Source: a virus
Taxonomy: Duplodnaviria; Caudoviricetes
Direction: 5' to 3' (one strand)
DNA length: 36,076 bases
Virus record (IMG/VR): IMGVR_UViG_3300025654_000023
Span: 1 to 36,076 of that record
This document shows, one piece after another, positions 1-9,231 of the stretch. The position numbers and the translations under genes were made by a program. Position 1 is the stretch's first letter, and each line of letters opens with the position of its first letter. The notes under the pieces were generated by a model. The model saw nothing but the letters and a program-made list of their open reading frames with translations, made no database searches and had not been told where the DNA came from.

Positions 1-120
1 GAGCGTGAGTATATTGAGAGACTAGAAAAGTTAGTAACAGATTTGTATACTTTTAAAATTCAGAGTAACATCAACATTGCAGAGGTGGCATATCGTGAGC
101 GACACAGCACAGAACGGTAA
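1..120 (+). CDS. Partial hypothetical protein (5' end outside window)
   Basis: Frame 1 is open from base 1 (EREYIERLEKLVTDLY...) to TAA at 118-120 and overlaps the next ORF. Confidence 0.45.
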   Translation, partial: EREYIERLEKLVTDLYTFKIQSNINIAEVAYRERHSTER

Positions 121-421
121 AGGCAGCAAGCAACGACCGACAGACACACAATCATTCAATGATAACTACGACAGAATCTTCTGTCAGAAATCTAACAACA
201 AGCACGACCAAGAGGATAACACAATGTTCGCACAGAATTCAGCACCACACATGGACTATGACGCAGCTCGATACAGTTGGGTGCCAGCAGCAGGTGGCTC
301 AGAGAAACCATTCGAGTGGGCTGACAAGGAATATCTATACATGTACAATACTGTCACGGGCGAGCATTCGTATTACAATGCTACCGATGATGTCTTTGAA
401 CCTAATGTGGAGTTTAACTAA
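95..421 (+). CDS. Early hypothetical protein (GTG start; possible second start at 224)
   Basis: GAGGTGG RBS precedes GTG at 95. The N-terminus GKGSKQRP...FNDNYDRIF resembles a recurrent small phage protein. A second RBS (AGAGGA) and in-frame ATG lie at 224. Confidence 0.6.
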   Translation: MSDTAQNGKGSKQRPTDTQSFNDNYDRIFCQKSNNKHDQEDNTMFAQNSAPHMDYDAARYSWVPAAGGSEKPFEWADKEYLYMYNTVTGEHSYYNATDDVFEPNVEFN

Positions 422-576
422 TGGCTATATATATTTGTGATTTTTGTGACGGGATGAAAGACGATGATTATAATCCGCCAGTATCGCTGGCTGGTAAGTA
501 CGACTTACTTTGTGATGATTGTAATGTCAAGTATTTTAATGAAGAAGGAGAAGAAAATGAACAGAGAAAAGATTAA
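421..576 (+). CDS. Small zinc-finger protein, 51 aa (not in ORF track)
   Basis: Manual translation MAIYICDFCDGMKDDDYNPPVSLAGKYDLLCDDCNVKYFNEEGEENEQRKD has two CxxC motifs. TAATG overlap with the upstream stop. Confidence 0.7.
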   Translation: MAIYICDFCDGMKDDDYNPPVSLAGKYDLLCDDCNVKYFNEEGEENEQRKD

Positions 577-712
577 AGATTTTTTCATAGGAGTATTCCA
601 TCTTATTATCTCACCAGTCTACGTGCCCTTGGGTTTATGTTGGGAGCATCGTGACGAGATTGTCGACTACTATATACAATGCTTTAGAGCTGTAACATTT
701 AGGAGAATATAA
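557..712 (+). CDS. Small hypothetical protein with hydrophobic segment
   Basis: AGGAG RBS before ATG 557 (preferred over 464); TAATG coupling to the next ORF. Confidence 0.65.
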   Translation: MNREKIKDFFIGVFHLIISPVYVPLGLCWEHRDEIVDYYIQCFRAVTFRRI

Positions 713-897
713 TGTATCTAGTATCATATGGCAGTAACACAGGCTATCACGAGCAAGAGTTCCAAAGCTACGAAGAAGCTGCAAAGTTTGTAGAAGATTA
801 CGAGGATGAGTATAATGGCATGGGTATTGAGTGCCTTGATGATGGCAGTGACCTGTATTGGTCTAATGAGATGAGGGATTATGTGCAAAGAGGATAG
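712..897 (+). CDS. Small acidic early protein
   Basis: AGGAG RBS; 61 aa with 15 D/E against 3 K/R. Confidence 0.7.
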   Translation: MYLVSYGSNTGYHEQEFQSYEEAAKFVEDYEDEYNGMGIECLDDGSDLYWSNEMRDYVQRG

Positions 898-1051
898 AAT
901 AGTCGTACCTGATGCTGCCATACGAGAGTTCAATGAGAAGTATGGTAAGTATTTTGTCAATCCAGTGAAGCCATACAAACTACCTTTGCTAGTGGATGAG
1001 GATGCAATGTACTTACAAGCTATGGGTTTATCAACAGATAAAAGTGAATAA
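881..1051 (+). CDS. Small hypothetical protein, 56 aa (not in ORF track)
   Basis: Manual translation MCKEDRIVVPDAAIREFNEKYGKYFVNPVKPYKLPLLVDEDAMYLQAMGLSTDKSE; GAGGGA upstream; fills the gap before the RNAP gene. Confidence 0.55.
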   Translation: MCKEDRIVVPDAAIREFNEKYGKYFVNPVKPYKLPLLVDEDAMYLQAMGLSTDKSE

Positions 1052-1094
1052 CGCCACATATACACCAACTCGTGTCCCAAAAAGAGGGTTAGAC

Positions 1095-1877
1095 ATGGCC
1101 ACAATGCAGCAACAATTGGAGTTAGAATATCTGATGTTACAGTCAGGTATCGATAGATATAATAAACAGCTTGATGATCTAGTAGGTAAGAGTTTAAGTT
1201 CTAAAACTTTACACGGGAGAACAATCATATCAGGAGTATGTGAACCTTTAGCTGACGGCATTAAGAAATTAGTAAAAGATAAAACAAGTAACAGAGATAT
1301 TACGTACAAACTACTTCAGGGTATTAAACCTGAACAAGCAGCATACCTTACACTTATCTCAGTCATTGATAAGGTAGCCCAGAACGTACCACTATTAAAC
1401 GTAGCCCGTTTAGTTGGGGTCAACATTGAGACACAGAAGCGTCTTGATCAATGGCTTACTATGGACAAAGAGACAGCAACTAACTTAATCAACATGGCTA
1501 ACAAGAAATCAGACAAAGGTTTTGATCACAAGCGGCATGGTCTTAACCATAAGATGAAGGTTGATAACATCGACATACCTACATGGTCGGACACAGATAG
1601 AATACACGTAGGCTTACGCTTGATTGATATAGTTATACAGCACACAGGCATCGTAAGGATACGTAAGGAGTATCACAGACGCAGAGCAGTGGCTTATCTA
1701 CAAGCAACAGAGGACACACTAGATTGGATAAAGGCTTTCAATGATACAAACCAAAGTAACCTACCTCGTTACAGCCCTTGTATTATCCAGCCTAAAGATT
1801 GGACAGAGTTCTTCGGTGGTGGTTACTACAGTGACCACATAAATAAAAAACCTTTCTTGCGAGTACATGGATTATGA
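1095..1877 (+). CDS. T7-type RNA polymerase, N-terminal part (260 aa)
   Basis: AGAGGG RBS before ATG 1095. Contains QQQLELE at the N-terminus, W...DRIHVGLRLID, and PCIIQPKDW...GGGYY, matching the T7 RNAP N-terminal region. Confidence 0.9.
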   Translation: MATMQQQLELEYLMLQSGIDRYNKQLDDLVGKSLSSKTLHGRTIISGVCEPLADGIKKLVKDKTSNRDITYKLLQGIKPEQAAYLTLISVIDKVAQNVPLLNVARLVGVNIETQKRLDQWLTMDKETATNLINMANKKSDKGFDHKRHGLNHKMKVDNIDIPTWSDTDRIHVGLRLIDIVIQHTGIVRIRKEYHRRRAVAYLQATEDTLDWIKAFNDTNQSNLPRYSPCIIQPKDWTEFFGGGYYSDHINKKPFLRVHGL

Positions 1878-3532
1878 AGAAGCACGTTGAGGAATACATA
1901 GAAAAGTTTAACCAACGAGATGTTAGCGTTGAATACAAATGTGTGAACGCCTTACAACGTACACCTTGGAGAGTTAATAGTTTTGTTTGTGATGTCTTAC
2001 GTACAGCATGGAATAGCGGACAACAGTGGCAAGGTCTACCACCAAGAGACAATGCACCAGTACCACCTTATCCGTTTGCAGTTGATCCTAAGTTTCTAAG
2101 AGAAGACCAGAAGGCAGAGTTCAAAGAGTTTAAGAGTAAGCGGAACAAAATATACACGGAGAATGCACGTAACCTATCAAGACGTATACAGGTTGAGCGT
2201 ACAATCCAACTAGCAGAAGAGTATTTAGCCCATGATGATTTTTGGTTTGTATGGCAGTTAGACTTTAGAGGCCGTAAGTACCCAGTTGAATCTTTTTTAT
2301 CACCACAAAATGCTGACTACAGCAAAGCATTATTAGAATTCAGCCAGTCAGTTACTATGGACAGTGCAGCTAGTGCTAAATGGTTAGCAATTCACGGCGC
2401 TAACGTCTTCGGTGTTGATAAAGTAAGCCTAGAAGACCGAGAAATGTGGGCTTACATGAATACTGAGAACGCTATCAGTGTATATAATGATCCATTAGGC
2501 AGTAAATGGTGGCAAGAAGCTGACAAACCATGGCAAGCATTAGCATGGTGTAAAGAATGGGCAGAGTACAACATCGCCAGAGCTGCTGGAGAGCCGTATG
2601 AGACACGCTTACCATGTGCTAGTGATGGTTCATGTAATGGCTTACAACATCTCTCAGCGATGCTCAGGGACTATGAGGGCGGTAGAGCTGTCAACCTTAC
2701 ACCTAGCAAAGAACCACAGGATATATATTCTGATGTTGCAACTAAAGCTACAGCCTTGTTAGAAAAAGAGGGGACGTTGATGGCTAGGCAGCTACTTGAA
2801 ATAGGTATATGCCGTAAGATATGTAAGCGACCAGTAATGATTGTCCCTTATAGTGGCACACGTCACTCATGTAGGGACTATATCATGGAGGCTTTAGAAG
2901 AAAAATGTAAAGGACGTAACCCTTGGGGTGACAACTTCTTTCAACCGTCTCTTTATTTATCAGGTTTTGTTTGGCAAGCAATCAGTGAAGTAATTGTCTC
3001 AGCTTTTGATGCAATGAAATACATTAAAGATATTGCAAAGCTATACGTAGAGAATGGTTTATCCTTTAGTTGGGAAACACCTACAAACTTATTAGTAAGG
3101 CAGCACTACCCTAACAGTACGTCTAAGCGTGTGAAGTCACACCTTAACGGATCGTTGGTGTCACTGCGATACAGAGAGACTGATGATACTTCTATCGACA
3201 AGCGTAAGATGTTATCAGGAGCAAGCCCAAACTTTGTACACTCTCTTGATGCAGCAGCGTTGACTATAACTGTAAGCAAATGTTTAGACGCAGGTATAAC
3301 TGACTTTGCTATGGTGCATGACAGCTATGGGACACACAGTCCAAACATGCCACTACTAAACGATGAGCTACGTAAAGCCTTTGTTGAGATGTACGAGGAG
3401 CATGACGTGCTTCTTAATCTCTACACAAGCGCAGTAGCTACATTACCGAAAGAGGTATTAGTACCACCTCCACCAGTCAAAGGTACTCTTGATTTAAAGG
3501 AGGTGCTACAAAGTGATTACTTTTTCGCCTAA
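1874..3532 (+). CDS. T7-type RNA polymerase, catalytic C-terminal part (552 aa)
   Basis: Motifs DFRGRKYP, DGSCNGLQH (motif A), RKICKRPVMIVPYS (motif B), NFVHSLDA (motif C) and C-terminal YFFA. Confidence 0.95.
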   Translation: MKKHVEEYIEKFNQRDVSVEYKCVNALQRTPWRVNSFVCDVLRTAWNSGQQWQGLPPRDNAPVPPYPFAVDPKFLREDQKAEFKEFKSKRNKIYTENARNLSRRIQVERTIQLAEEYLAHDDFWFVWQLDFRGRKYPVESFLSPQNADYSKALLEFSQSVTMDSAASAKWLAIHGANVFGVDKVSLEDREMWAYMNTENAISVYNDPLGSKWWQEADKPWQALAWCKEWAEYNIARAAGEPYETRLPCASDGSCNGLQHLSAMLRDYEGGRAVNLTPSKEPQDIYSDVATKATALLEKEGTLMARQLLEIGICRKICKRPVMIVPYSGTRHSCRDYIMEALEEKCKGRNPWGDNFFQPSLYLSGFVWQAISEVIVSAFDAMKYIKDIAKLYVENGLSFSWETPTNLLVRQHYPNSTSKRVKSHLNGSLVSLRYRETDDTSIDKRKMLSGASPNFVHSLDAAALTITVSKCLDAGITDFAMVHDSYGTHSPNMPLLNDELRKAFVEMYEEHDVLLNLYTSAVATLPKEVLVPPPPVKGTLDLKEVLQSDYFFA

Positions 3533-3552
3533 GTTCTAAAAGTACCGTTAAG
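3528..3552 (+). promoter_or_regulatory. Putative phage RNAP promoter (replication module)
   Basis: CCTAAGTTCTAAAAGTACCGTTAAG matches 12036-12060 at 22/25 positions and lies at the RNAP stop, upstream of SSB. Confidence 0.65.
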
Positions 3553-3596
3553 CCCAACACCCCCGTTCAACATTAACTATATAGGAAAGAGATAAC

Positions 3597-4217
3597 ATGG
3601 CTAAAAATATATTAGTATTAGAAGGCAGCGCATTATGGGCTAAAGTATTTGAACCTGATACAAAGTTCAACCCATTGGGTGACTACAGTATCAATCTACA
3701 AATGCCAGTGGCTGATGCTGCCGCAATGAGTGAGCAACTAGAATCAATAGTTCAAGCAAAGTTTAATGAGGCGATTAAAGAAGATCCCCGCCTCAAGAAT
3801 ACGCTGACCACTCAAGACGTATACACTACAGTCTTTGATCGTGAGACAGGTGATGACACAGGCTTAGTCGAGTTTAAGTTCAAACTCAAAGCTAAGGTAC
3901 AGAAACGTGACGGCACTTACTACGAACAACAACCTGCTGTACTGGATTCAAAGAAAGTACCAATCAGTAAAGACGTACTGGTAGGCAATGGCTCTCGTGT
4001 TAAGGTAGCCTTTGAACCAATCCCGTATGTTATGGCGAGCACTAAGAAAGCTGGTGTCTCACTACGATTGAAAGCAGTGCAAGTAATTGACCTAGTAGAG
4101 TACGGTAACTCCGCTGCTAGTGTCTTTGATGAGGAAGATGGTTTCGTAGCGCCTCCTGCTACTGAAGCCGCTAATGCTCCTGTAATAGAGGAGCTTGCTG
4201 ATGTCGCTGACTTCTAG
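3597..4217 (+). CDS. Single-stranded DNA-binding protein (T7 gp2.5-like)
   Basis: EPDTKF, VGNGSRVKV and GVSLRLKAVQVIDLVEY motifs; acidic tail ending in Phe. Confidence 0.92.
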   Translation: MAKNILVLEGSALWAKVFEPDTKFNPLGDYSINLQMPVADAAAMSEQLESIVQAKFNEAIKEDPRLKNTLTTQDVYTTVFDRETGDDTGLVEFKFKLKAKVQKRDGTYYEQQPAVLDSKKVPISKDVLVGNGSRVKVAFEPIPYVMASTKKAGVSLRLKAVQVIDLVEYGNSAASVFDEEDGFVAPPATEAANAPVIEELADVADF

Positions 4218-4578
4218 ATCGACCCTAGAAGAACGTGTGCAGCTTAACCTCAATGCCCGTGGGATAGCTTATGAGTATGAACCTTGTAAGCTACCCTACG
4301 TGGTAGAACGTAACTACATCCCTGATCTAAAGATTGGGGACATTTACATCGAGGTCAAAGGTTACTTCCGACAAGATGCTCAACGTAAGATGAGAAGCAT
4401 GAAGGAACAACACCCTGAGCTGGACATACGTTTTCTATTCCAACGTAACAACAGCACAGTACAAGGTGCTAAGAAAAGAAAAGATGGCACTAAGATGACG
4501 TGTGCTGAGTGGGCAGAACGCCATAACTTTATATATGCAGAGGAGATTATCCCAGATGAATGGTTCAACAGGTTATAG
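4201..4578 (+). CDS. Endonuclease I / Holliday junction resolvase (T7 gp3-like)
   Basis: RSTLEE, YIPD, IEVKG and HPELDIRFLF motifs; GAGGAG RBS favours ATG 4201. Confidence 0.92.
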   Translation: MSLTSRSTLEERVQLNLNARGIAYEYEPCKLPYVVERNYIPDLKIGDIYIEVKGYFRQDAQRKMRSMKEQHPELDIRFLFQRNNSTVQGAKKRKDGTKMTCAEWAERHNFIYAEEIIPDEWFNRL

Positions 4579-4735
4579 AATTGAAGTTGCAATTATTGAT
4601 AACAATAGTGATGCGGATGGCGCAACAGCTACTATCACGAGACGAGGCGATAATCTATCTCATGACGATTTAGAAGAGGCGTTCACCGCTGCTATTAGAG
4701 CAGTAGGCTTTCAATCAAAAGTAGATATTGATTGA
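4556..4735 (+). CDS. Hypothetical protein
   Basis: GAGGAG RBS before ATG 4556; stop overlaps the primase start. Confidence 0.6.
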   Translation: MNGSTGYRIEVAIIDNNSDADGATATITRRGDNLSHDDLEEAFTAAIRAVGFQSKVDID

Positions 4736-6315
4736 TGCCTGATCAGGAGAGTGAGTTCTTAATGCACACTCCATGCGAGAAGTGTGGCTCGTCAGATGCA
4801 AACAGTTTGTACACTGATGGTCACACCTTTTGCTTTGCGTGTAATACATATGGGCAATCCCAAGAGGAGGCTAAGGTGATCGAGATTAAACCAGTAGATT
4901 TTTTAACTGGAACACATGAAGTATTAGTTAAGCGCTGTCTCACAGATAAGACAGTTAAGTTTTGGGATTATCAAACAGGAACCTTTAATGGTCAGACAAC
5001 GCAGATTGCAAATCACAAAACCAAAGACGGCAAAACCGTTGCTCAGAAAATTAGAACAGCAGGAAAGAATTTCTCAGTACGTGGGGCAATTAAAGAAGCT
5101 GGACTCTACGGACAATGGTTATGGAGAGACGGTGGCAAGAATGTCACCATCGTTGAAGGGGAACTAGATGCCCTCTCAATGTCACAAGCGTTCGATCACA
5201 AGTGGCCTGTAGTAAGTTTAAAGACTGGTGCAGCAGGTGCTAAGAAAGATATTAAGCAAGCTATAGAATGGTTAGAGAAGTTTGAAAGTGTCGTATTTAT
5301 GTTCGACAATGATGAGGTAGGACAGGAAGCAGCTCTTGAATGTGCAGCCCTACTATCACCTCGCAAAGCTAAGATTGCAAAGCTACCACTTAAAGATGCA
5401 AGCGATATGATTATGGCTGGCCGACACGCAGAGTTAATAGATTGCTTCTGGTCAGCTAAAGGTTTCCAACCAGATGGTATCATTAATGGTGCTGATCTAT
5501 GGGAAGAAGTGTCGACGGAGAAAGAGGTACACAGTGTCCCTTACCCGTATGCAGAGCTTAATGAAAAGATAGGCGGCTGTAGGTTAGGTGAGATTGTAAC
5601 AGTAACAGCAGGATCAGGTTTAGGTAAGAGTCAGCTCACACGAGAGTTTGCATATCATCTACTGAAGGAGGGCGCTACCATAGGCTACGTTGCGTTAGAG
5701 GAATCTAGTAAACGCACAGCTCAGGGATTGATGTCCTTGCACCTGAACCAATTAGTACATTTAAAAGAAGTACCCAAGGCTGATCTTAAAGAAGCCTTTG
5801 ACGCTACTATGGGCACAGGCAGAGTCTTTATGTATGACCATTGGGGATCAACAGAGGGTGATAACTTACTCGCTAAGATCCGATACCTTGCAAGAGGTTG
5901 TGGTTGTCAGTACATTATCTTAGATCACATTAGTATTGTTGTTAGTGGTCTTGAAGGTGGTGATGAAAGACGTATCATCGACAACATGATGACAAAGCTC
6001 AGATCAATTACAGAAGAATTAAATATAGGTATGATTGTTGTATCGCATTTACGAAGACCTAGTGGTGACAAAGGACATGAAGAAGGTGTGATGACTTCTC
6101 TATCGCAACTCAGGGGCAGTGCCGCCATAGGCCAGCTATCTGATATTGTTATAGGGTTAGAAAGAAACCAGCAAGATGAAGAGTCATCTAACATTACAAC
6201 ACTACGAGTATTAAAGAATAGGTGGTCAGGTGAGACTGGTATAGCAGGTCAGTTATCCTACTCCGCAACAACAGGTAGAATGTCCGAGGGTGTCTTTGAC
6301 GACACACCTTTTTAA
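4735..6315 (+). CDS. DNA primase-helicase (T7 gp4-like)
   Basis: Zn ribbon CEKCGSSD...CFAC, TOPRIM motifs EGELDA and FDNDEVG, Walker A GSGLGKS, ILDHISI, VVSHLRR, LRGSAAIGQLSD, KNRWSG. Confidence 0.96.
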   Translation: MPDQESEFLMHTPCEKCGSSDANSLYTDGHTFCFACNTYGQSQEEAKVIEIKPVDFLTGTHEVLVKRCLTDKTVKFWDYQTGTFNGQTTQIANHKTKDGKTVAQKIRTAGKNFSVRGAIKEAGLYGQWLWRDGGKNVTIVEGELDALSMSQAFDHKWPVVSLKTGAAGAKKDIKQAIEWLEKFESVVFMFDNDEVGQEAALECAALLSPRKAKIAKLPLKDASDMIMAGRHAELIDCFWSAKGFQPDGIINGADLWEEVSTEKEVHSVPYPYAELNEKIGGCRLGEIVTVTAGSGLGKSQLTREFAYHLLKEGATIGYVALEESSKRTAQGLMSLHLNQLVHLKEVPKADLKEAFDATMGTGRVFMYDHWGSTEGDNLLAKIRYLARGCGCQYIILDHISIVVSGLEGGDERRIIDNMMTKLRSITEELNIGMIVVSHLRRPSGDKGHEEGVMTSLSQLRGSAAIGQLSDIVIGLERNQQDEESSNITTLRVLKNRWSGETGIAGQLSYSATTGRMSEGVFDDTPF

Positions 6316-6335
6316 TCAATCCAGCGAGATGATAT

Positions 6336-8048
6336 ATGTTAATTTTTGATTTAGAAACAGATGGCTTATTAGATGATGTAACTAAGGTTCATTGTATGGT
6401 TACACATGATACAGAGACAGGCGAGGTCAAGACGTATGACCCTGATCATATAGAAGATGGGATAGAAGCATTGCGTGATGCACAACAGATAGGTGGCCAC
6501 AACGTAATGTCATATGACCTACCAGTGTTAGAGAAATTATATTTCTTTGGTTACTATGGACAAGTGTTCGATACGTTAGTAGCCTCACGATTGATCTGGC
6601 CTAACATGAAAGAGAAAGACATGCTCAAGCGTACCGTTGACAATAAGTTAATTGGGTCGCACTCGTTAAAGGCATGGGGACAACGCTTAAAGTTTCATAA
6701 GGGTGACTACGGAGAGCAGGACGAAGCATGGGATGCCTACACACAACAGATGCTAGATTATTGTGTGCAAGATGTAGCTCTTAACGTCAAGTTGTACGAG
6801 TTGATCTTATCGAAGAAGTACCCTGAAGAACCTATGCGTCTTGAACACGAGATGAACCGCTTACTAAACAGACAACAACGTGCAGGTTTTCCTTTTGATG
6901 TACCAAAAGCACAGAAGCTCTACACTCTCTTATCAACACGTAAGTTAGAAATAGAAACAAAGCTTGTTGAAACTCTTGAGCCTACTATCATTGTGCTCAA
7001 GACCAAAACAAAGACTATACCTTTTAACCCTGCATCACGACAACAGATTGCAGACAGGTTACAGAAGTTAGGTTGGAAGCCTGAAGAGTTCACTCCATCT
7101 GGAGAACCAAAAGTTGACGAAAAAATCTTGGCAGGAATTGACTTGCCTGAAGCTGCATTATTGACTGAGTTCTTAATGCTAAACAAACGACTGGGGCAAT
7201 TAGGAAATGGAAAACAAGCATGGCTTAAACTGGAAAAAGCTGGACGCATTCACGGGCGGGTTAATCACATGGGCGCTGTTACTTCCCGCTGTACTCATAG
7301 TGATCCTAATGTTGCTCAAGTACCATCCGCAGGAGCTGCCTTTGGTAAGGAGTGTAGAGAGTTATTCCATGCACCAAGCGGCTACTCATTACTCGGAGCA
7401 GATGCAAGCGGCTTAGAACTACGCTGCCTAGCTCACTACATGAATCGCTTTGACGGTGGTAAGTACGGTAAAGAAATATTAGAAGGTGATATACACACAG
7501 CTAATCAAGAAGCGGCAGGACTTGCTACTCGCCCCCAAGCCAAGACATTTATCTATGGCTTTTTATACGGAGCAGGGAATGAGAAGATAGGTCAGATCAT
7601 TGGTAAAGGTGCGAAGGAAGGAGGTCAGATTAAGAAACGCTTTCTGGCTAAGACTCCAGCGTTAAAGAAACTAACAGAAGCCCTTAACAATAAACTAGAC
7701 AACCAGCGTGGTGAGAAATTCATTAACGGTTTAGATGGTAGGTTGATTCCTATCCGTCACCCACACGCAGCATTGAACACTCTTCTCCAATCAGCAGGAG
7801 CGATCATCTGTAAGAAGTGGTACGCAACTGTAGAAAATATGATAAGAGCTAAAGGCTACACTAACGAAGAAGTTACTATAGTGGCGTTTGTTCATGATGA
7901 GGTTCAGATACTTGTTAAGAAGGGGCTAGAGGATAAAATAGGTGAAATCACTAAAGCAGCCATTAAAGAAACAGAGCGAGCATTCAATTTTAAATGTCCT
8001 CTCGACTCAGAATTCCAAGTCGGAAGTAGTTGGGCAGAAACTCACTAG
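6336..8048 (+). CDS. Family A DNA polymerase with 3'-5' exonuclease (T7 gp5-like)
   Basis: FDLETDG exonuclease I motif, DASGLELR (motif A), RPQAKTFIYGFLYG (motif B), VHDE (motif C). Confidence 0.96.
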   Translation: MLIFDLETDGLLDDVTKVHCMVTHDTETGEVKTYDPDHIEDGIEALRDAQQIGGHNVMSYDLPVLEKLYFFGYYGQVFDTLVASRLIWPNMKEKDMLKRTVDNKLIGSHSLKAWGQRLKFHKGDYGEQDEAWDAYTQQMLDYCVQDVALNVKLYELILSKKYPEEPMRLEHEMNRLLNRQQRAGFPFDVPKAQKLYTLLSTRKLEIETKLVETLEPTIIVLKTKTKTIPFNPASRQQIADRLQKLGWKPEEFTPSGEPKVDEKILAGIDLPEAALLTEFLMLNKRLGQLGNGKQAWLKLEKAGRIHGRVNHMGAVTSRCTHSDPNVAQVPSAGAAFGKECRELFHAPSGYSLLGADASGLELRCLAHYMNRFDGGKYGKEILEGDIHTANQEAAGLATRPQAKTFIYGFLYGAGNEKIGQIIGKGAKEGGQIKKRFLAKTPALKKLTEALNNKLDNQRGEKFINGLDGRLIPIRHPHAALNTLLQSAGAIICKKWYATVENMIRAKGYTNEEVTIVAFVHDEVQILVKKGLEDKIGEITKAAIKETERAFNFKCPLDSEFQVGSSWAETH

Positions 8049-8058
8049 CAAAACACGT

Positions 8059-8328
8059 ATGGGAGATATAGCAGAACACTACGCAATCACTTGGTTATGG
8101 GACGAAGGTTTTGAAGTCTTTAGTAACAGCGGTGGCTCAGGTGCTATTGATATTGTAGCTATTAAAGATGGTGAAGTTTATCTCTTCGATGTCAAGACAC
8201 TCACGTTTCATAGAGGGATTTATATGATCAAGACAGCTCGGACAAAACAACAAATAGAAATGGGTGTTCAGCTACTTAGCTTCAATCCTAAAACACGCAA
8301 GCTGCGCTTAGTAAAACATAGGAAATAA
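8059..8328 (+). CDS. PD-(D/E)xK nuclease, Hjc-resolvase-like (start uncertain)
   Basis: GDIAE...L.DEGFEVF...IDIVAIKDGEVYLFDVK pattern; the real start may be further upstream in the same frame. Confidence 0.7.
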   Translation: MGDIAEHYAITWLWDEGFEVFSNSGGSGAIDIVAIKDGEVYLFDVKTLTFHRGIYMIKTARTKQQIEMGVQLLSFNPKTRKLRLVKHRK

Positions 8329-8330
8329 TT

Positions 8331-8519
8331 ATGGAAACAAGTACACTCAATTTAATCTTAGGTTTTGGTTTTGGTGCCGTCTCTTTTGCTTTCGCTTTTA
8401 AATGGATTGTTGAGTCTATCATCCACTGGAAGATGACTAACAAAGTAAGCACGATGATTACTATGGACGCACAAGAGTTTGAAAAATTTATGGAAGGACA
8501 AGACGATGAAGAAGTCTAG
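8331..8519 (+). CDS. Small predicted membrane protein
   Basis: AGGA RBS; one N-terminal hydrophobic segment and an acidic tail. Confidence 0.65.
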   Translation: METSTLNLILGFGFGAVSFAFAFKWIVESIIHWKMTNKVSTMITMDAQEFEKFMEGQDDEEV

Positions 8520-9231
8520 AACACTATTAGTTGACGGTGACATTGTAGCCTACAAAGCTGCAACCATTGCTGAGACTCCTATCAATTGGGGTGATGGTAT
8601 ATGGACACTACACGCCCATGAGAAAGATGTCGCAGGGTCGATGGAAGAGTTCATGAGTAAGATCATAGCACAGTCAGGGTGTGATAAAGTTATCACCTGT
8701 CTTTCAGGAGACAACCTGTACCGCAAAGATGTAGCTCCGTATTACAAGGCTAACCGAAAGCTTACCCGTAAGCCGATGCTGCTCAAGTACGCTAAAGATT
8801 ATTTAGCAATAAATTATAACGGCATGGTTGAGGACAAGTTAGAGGCTGATGACTTACTAGGAATCCTCGGTAGTAGAAGTTTTGATACTGTTATCTGGTC
8901 ACTTGATAAAGACTTACTTACTATTCCTGCATACCACTTGATTGATGGTAAGGTACAGGACGTAGATTTAGAAGAAGCTGATTATAATTTTCTTTATCAA
9001 ACATTAGTAGGCGACTCTACGGATAACTACAAAGGTTGTCCAACAGTAGGCGCTAAGAAAGCAGAGCAACTGCTCAGTGATAAAGGGGCAACATGGAAAA
9101 CCGTTGTCGATGCTTTTGCATCTAAAGGTTTAGGTGAAGAGGTAGCAATAGAGAATGCAAGACTAGCACGTATACTACGTGATGGTGAATATAACTTTGA
9201 AACAAAGGAAGTAAAATTATGGGCGGCATAA
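8506..9231 (+). CDS. 5'-3' exonuclease (T7 gp6-like)
   Basis: LLVDGD, YKANRK, LEADD, SLDKDL and GDSTDNYKGCPTVG motifs; GGAAGGA RBS before ATG 8506. Confidence 0.93.
   Translation: MKKSRTLLVDGDIVAYKAATIAETPINWGDGIWTLHAHEKDVAGSMEEFMSKIIAQSGCDKVITCLSGDNLYRKDVAPYYKANRKLTRKPMLLKYAKDYLAINYNGMVEDKLEADDLLGILGSRSFDTVIWSLDKDLLTIPAYHLIDGKVQDVDLEEADYNFLYQTLVGDSTDNYKGCPTVGAKKAEQLLSDKGATWKTVVDAFASKGLGEEVAIENARLARILRDGEYNFETKEVKLWAA

Noticed and set aside
1845-1850. A6 homopolymer error as the cause of the RNAP split
   Set aside because: Shifting there would replace PFLRVH, which resembles T7 PLALVRTH, with TFLASTW. Any indel more likely lies at about 1869-1874. Disfavoured, not excluded.
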